DNA of 64,000 nucleotides from Batkoa obscura. Its lineage: Eukaryota. Both the position numbers and the translations under genes were made by a program. Location: contig JASVEC010000021.1 in the NCBI GenBank assembly GCA_030770535.1, forward strand, positions 1 to 64,000, given 5' to 3'. The notes beneath the pieces were generated by a model. The model had not been told where the DNA came from. It worked only from the letters and a program-made list of their open reading frames with translations, and did not search any database. This document shows positions 58,453 through 64,000 of the stretch, in pieces; position 1 is the first letter of the stretch, and every line of letters begins with the position of its first letter.

Positions 58453-60630
58453 ATGGAATATCCAAGTAAAGAATTATTGTTTATAATAAGAACCCAAGAA
58501 AACAGTATACAAAAATTTATAAACCAAAACTATGAAAGAAAAGAATTGTTTCCAAATTTATCTCATCAAGGGTTTGAATTATTGAAGGATTATTTAATAC
58601 AACAACAAGGGTTATGTAAGCAGATAATAAATTTAAGTAAAAGCTTGGTATTGTTTTTATTAAATTTATATCAACATAGTAAAAATACTTTGAAACTGAA
58701 TGAGAATGTGTATTTAATCCATCACTTGTTAAAGTTGTTCGATGGAATTTTCAAACATGGTCTAAAACATAAAACAACGCTTTTAGGTTACAAAAGAAGT
58801 TATTTTGATATGCTTTATGATTTCTTTACTTATAATGCTAAACCAACGAATGAAACAGATAAAAAGATCGTTGAAAATATTTATAATAAAAGTTTAACAG
58901 ACTCAAGTGGAGGCTTGGCATGGTTTAGTGTAGGATTAAATGATAAATTACTCTATGATCGACTAGATATACTAATTAACAATAACAATTTTATAAGGTA
59001 AAATAACTAATACAAATTAATATTAATACATTTAAAAATTAATATAAGAGAATGGTATGAACCATATGCATTTATAAATTCTCCTCAAGCTATCCTATTT
59101 ATTAACTTAGTTGCTACATTTAAGCCAATTCCATTTTATATCAAGTTTGATGAAGCTTTTTTCATACAGCAGGCTAAGGCTTATGAAAAATTGATGCTAG
59201 AAAATGAGTTTAAAGTTTGGATGAATGAAGTTATGGGGGACTTGGAACAAGTTACAAATAAGTAAACTATATAAATTTCATTTTAACTAAACTTAATATT
59301 CAAAAATAAGCAATCATAATGAAACTACCTCAGATGAAAGCTCAGAAGACGAAGTTGATACTGAAAATAAAGTAATTAATAAATTTTGTAGCTATATTAA
59401 TTTAATAAATGATAATAAAAAGGAAGGCGAAAACTCGTATTCAAATGAAATTGATCAAAAAGTGGAAGAAAATGAAAATGGCAAGACTCAGGAAACTATA
59501 GATAATAATGAAGTCAAAATAAAAGTTAAAGATACTATGGTTAGGGAAAATGTAGAATTGCAAATAGAAAATGGTATTAAAGAAATGAAAATAGATGAAA
59601 GAGAATTAGCTGATCAAAATAGTAATGAAATACTAAACGAGAATACAAAAGACTTGGAAAGAGACAGTGAAACCCTAATAAAAAAAGAGTTAGATCATAA
59701 AACAATAAACGTAAGAGCTTTGTCACAAAAAACATCTTCAAATGACAATGAATCTCTAAATAAAATCACTCTTTTAGAAGAGGAAAATAAAGACATTTTG
59801 TTAGAGAACGAAGAATTGAAAGAAGAAATCAAGGCATTTAAAAGAAATCAACTAACTCATATTGAAGAAATAACACAATTAAAAGATCATCAGCATAATT
59901 TACAAAAGAGTATAGAAGAATATCAATGTATGATACAAAACTTACAAACTAGAATTAAAGAATTGGAGCGAGAACAAGAGGATTACCAAAATAGATTCCA
60001 AGAGCTTGGAACGCAATTGGCATTTGCTATAGGAGAAAAGGCAACACAAACAGCACAATTAAATCAAGCACAAGTAAATAGTAATTTATTAAAGAAAAAA
60101 AACCAAGAATTACAAGAAAATTTACATCAATCTTATCAAGACAAATATCAACTAGCCGAACAGATGAATAAGTTACAAGTGCAGTATCAAGATTTAAATC
60201 AATCTTATTTAAATATAAAAAATACAACTTTAGAAAAAGATCAATTGTTAAGCGTGTTAGCAGATGAAATGGCTAAATCAAAATGGACCCTTAAAGAATT
60301 AAGTTTAAAACAGCAACATGAAAAATCATTAAGAGACGAAATTCACCTTTGGGTAGATGATTCATTAGCTGCGCAATGTACCAAATGCAATACTCCGTTT
60401 TCATTGGTAGTGCGTAAACATCACTGTCGAAGAGATGGGTAAACATTATTAATATAATTTATTGATAGTTATTTAATTAATTTAGTAAGGTATATTGTGG
60501 ACCATGTACAAACTACAAAGCTGTTTTACCTGCTTCTAGGAAACCAAAAAGGGTGTGTGTCGATTGCTATAATATGCTAAAAGAAGGTGGAAGCCAAGAA
60601 GTATATAATCGTTCTGAAAGTAAAAAATAA
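58453..60630 (+). CDS. RUN domain, coiled-coil and FYVE domain protein (RUFY-like), multi-exon
   Basis: RUN-like motifs IFKHGLK, AWFSVGLNDKLL, WYEPYAFI; long heptad region; FYVE WVDD..CTKC..F..RKHHCRRDG..CGPC..RVCVDC. Confidence 0.82.
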
Positions 60631-60726
60631 TACCAATAATTAAATTATATTTTAGTGTCAATAAATAGTTAATGAATCATTTGTTTCAAATATTTTTTAC
60701 ATTTTATTTTTGAAAGAGCGTGTATT

Positions 60727-62860
60727 TTAAGTAAGAGTGTATTGTGGACCACCTCCACCTTCTGGTACTACCCAATCAATGTTTTGAGATGGGCATTTAA
60801 TATCACATGTCTTACAATGAACACAATTTTGAGAATTGATTTGTAATCGTTTACTTCCATCCCCTTTGCTTTCATCTTCAACGTATTCATAAACACCAGC
60901 TAAAATAAAAGTTAGTTTGCTATCTTAATGTAAGTTGTTAGATCTATTACCTGGACAAAACCTATTTTCTGGGCCGTCAAATACTTTAAGGTTCCTTTCT
61001 ACAGGGATATCTTTATTTTTAAGCCTCAAATGTACGGGTTGATTTTCAGCATGGTTTGTACCAGATCTAGAAACGCTATCTAGTAATTGAAATGAAATGA
61101 CTCCATCTGGTTTTGGATATTCAATCTTTTTACATTGTTCTTTTGGTTTAGTTGCTGCATGATCAGGCACTTTGTGTTTAAAAGTCCATGGTACTCTTCC
61201 TTTTAATATAAGAGAATCCAAACCAGAATAAGCAATACCACCATACAATCCAAGTGGATTATGGAATGATGGGCGTATATTCCTTACTTCATATAATTCT
61301 TTATATACCCAGCTGCTTTCTAAGTTTTTAGCATATGACTCAATAAGGAATGGTCCTTCTTTATCGGCTTTAAGTTCCTCATAGATAGACTCAGCTGCTA
61401 CCATCCCACTCTTCATCGCAGTGTGAGTGCCCTTAATCTTTGCAACATTTAAAAATCCAGCAGAATCACCTATTAGTGCACCACCTGGGAAAATCAACTT
61501 AGGAATTGATTGATATCCACCTTCAACTAAAGAGCGTGCTCCATAAGATATTACTTTTCCACCCTCTAATACTTTACTAACAAGCGGATGATGCTTAAAT
61601 TTTTGGAATTCACGGTATGGGTTTAAGTAAGTATTGGAGTAATCTAAACCAATCACAAATCCAATAGAAAGCAGATTGTCATTCATATGATACATCCAAG
61701 ATCCACCATAAGTATTTTTATCCAATGGCCAACCTATTGTATGTGTAATCAGCCCCGGTTGATGTTTACTATTATCTAATTCCCACACTTCTTTAATTCC
61801 TAAGCCATAAGTTTGAAAGCTTTTCCCTTCTCTTAAATTAAATTTATTAATAATTGTCTTTGATAAGGAACCATGACACCCTTCAGCAAATAAGGTAACT
61901 TTAGCATGCAATTCCATACCACGTTCAAAGTTATCCTAAATTAAAATAGATTAAATAAGACATGACTGGTGTAGATAATTATTAAGTCATTACTTTTGGC
62001 TTGAAATTTTTATCTAACCCAACGTCATTTGTGGCAATCCCCTTAACAGATCCGTCTTCATTGTAAAGTACTTCACTTGCTGCAAACCCTGGAAATATTT
62101 CAACTCCCAACTTTTCCGCTTCTTCAGCCAACCATTTTACAAACAAGTTTAATGAAATGATGTAATTTCCTTTGTTACTCATCTGAGGTGGATGTGGAAA
62201 CGGAATTGCATAATTCTTAGTAAGAAATTTAAATTGATCTTTAACTGCAGGCTGGTTTAATGGAGCCTAATGAATTAATTTAACACAAAATAATGGAAAC
62301 CTTTTTAATTATTACCCCTCTTTCCTTCCAGTCAGGGAAGAGCTCATTTAATGCTCTGGGTTCCAATACAGCTCCAGATAAAGTGTGTGCACCTTCATAA
62401 ATACAAAATTAATATTTTATATTAAATAAATGAGGAATGAAAGACCAAATAAATGGCCAAACAGTACTAAAGAATATTTACCCATTTCTCCTGCCTTTTC
62501 TACTATAATAACTCTTACTTCTCTACCATCTTTTTCCGCCAATTGTTTAATCTTGATAGCAGCTGCCAACCCTGCTGGGCCACCGCCAACTATAACAACA
62601 TCGGCTTCATCGGCAAACCTTTCTTCCATTTCAACTTCTTTGACATTTTCTTGCTCTTGTTTTAATTTAATAGAGGTATGAAATTTGTTTGATAAATTTA
62701 GAATAACAGCGCTTCTTTTTAAAGAATTGGAATGAGCTGAGTATAATTTATTGAAAGATAAAGCAGTTGAATATGTTTTATTCAAACTACTCAACACTCT
62801 TGTACTACTCTTTGTAGTCTTAGTTAATTGTATCCCTTTATTCACCTGCCCCAATTTCAT
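60727..62860 (-). CDS. ETFDH: Electron transfer flavoprotein-ubiquinone oxidoreductase (ETF-QO/Cir2), multi-exon
   Basis: [59 protein letters not shown]. Confidence 0.96.
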
Positions 62861-63818
62861 TGAATTTATTATAAAAAACTTATCTTAGATCATCTCATCA
62901 ATCAAATTTATACTATTTGACCAATCATTAACGGGTTTTATCACCAGCAACTTTCACATGATTATGTTTAAAACATTTCAGCTACTTTTACAATTTAAAT
63001 TTCCTAATCTAAATAAATGACAGTTTGATTGTTAATAAATCATTTGAAAATTAAAATAACTGTTATTTTAGTTAAACTAAATTCTAAATAAAAGTATAAT
63101 AATATATATTTATTATATACTATATATTGTACAATGATAAGTATGCTAAATTTTATAGTTAACTTTTATGACGTATTAGTTCTTAAATATAATAATGGTG
63201 ACTATGTTTAAAATAATCACTACTATAAACAATAAATAATGAATTATATTATTTTTTTGATAAATGTTTACTATTTTCCATTAATTTTAAATAACAAAAA
63301 CGGCTATAAATAATATAAAAAAAACATTAAAGAGGAGATTTATCTGGACTTATTTATCTGTAAGAGCGGGAAGTGCTATTTACGGTACAAAACTGTTTGC
63401 TGATTATATTTTGTTAACGATTACTACAAGGATAGTAAATATAAGAGCTCTAATTTAATAGTAAAACAAATAATTAGGCATAGTGTAGATTTCAAGACAT
63501 GAACTAGTAAAAAGGCACAAAACGCTTTCTAGATTACTAACAATTATGAAAAATGCTAACAATTGACAAATAGTTCTTGTTCTTCCACTAGTATATACTT
63601 TCAAATCTAATTTAAGATGTAGTTAAATATATAATAGTCTTTTTTATAATAAAAGGATAAAGAAAGTGAGTTTATATGGAAAAGTAAGGTTTTGTAATAA
63701 CTTCAAGCTATTTACAAGTATAAAAACTATCATAATTAAACATTTTATTATATTACTGAATGACGAATGCGTAAAAGAGCTATGTAAAAGAAAAAATCTT
63801 TACAAATCTCTTTTAAAT

Positions 63819-63916
63819 GGGATATGTTTTTTTAATTCCATCACTTTCTCTATTTTTAAGCATTACTTGAGTGAAAAGGTTATTGCTAAAATTCTTAAAC
63901 AAAAAAATATACTCCC
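63819..63916 (+). mobile_element. MITE copy 16
   Basis: GGGATATG...ATACTCCC; homologous core. Confidence 0.8.
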
Positions 63917-64000
63917 ATATACTTAAGTTTTTTGAGCTTCTTAATCTTTTTTACTGAAAGGACACAGATGCTATTAGCTGCAATAGCAACTATCTTTTAT

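Noticed and set aside
63666..63926. 86-aa ORF
   Set aside because: GTG start, and it reads through MITE copy 16.

Overview
AT-rich, intron-dense eukaryotic DNA. The rDNA, the TTAGGG telomere, the ~45-60 nt GT-AG introns and the gene content point to an early-diverging fungus; Entomophthoromycotina/Conidiobolus-like is my inference. Bases 1-9050 are a minus-strand rDNA array: 28S 5' part, ITS2, 5.8S, ITS1, 18S, a ~3.9 kb ETS/IGS with subrepeats, then the 3' half of another 28S. That 28S is cut off by ~103 (CCCTAA) repeats (9051-9668) oriented as the left telomere of the DNA to their right, most simply a contig join. Bases 9.7-16.6 kb are a nested subtelomeric transposon pile-up. It holds a complete Sola2-like DDD DNA transposon (12387-15292; TIRs, 4-bp TSD) whose transposase ORF is restored in frame when a 463-bp TGT...ACA insert with a 5-bp TSD is removed. 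It also holds four more copies of that 463-bp element and 10 of the window's 16 copies of a ~99-bp MITE that shares ends with the Sola element. Bases 17-63 kb are a compact block of housekeeping genes: a DUF4050-like gene, an orphan secreted protein, formin, a heme-less plant-type sulfite oxidase, a HAD phosphatase, Met30/SconB, CTF18, CobW/Zng1, TYW3, IDH2, ROK1, GSK3, TOM40, PEX7, MTG2, a HAL/NPR kinase, TIP41, a RUN-coiled-coil-FYVE protein and ETF-QO. The best leads are the Sola2/MITE system with possible composite transposition, the RUFY-like fungal protein, the plant-type sulfite oxidase next to sulfur-related genes, a 36-aa secreted-peptide sORF and two structured ncRNA candidates. All analysis was by eye; no searches were run.
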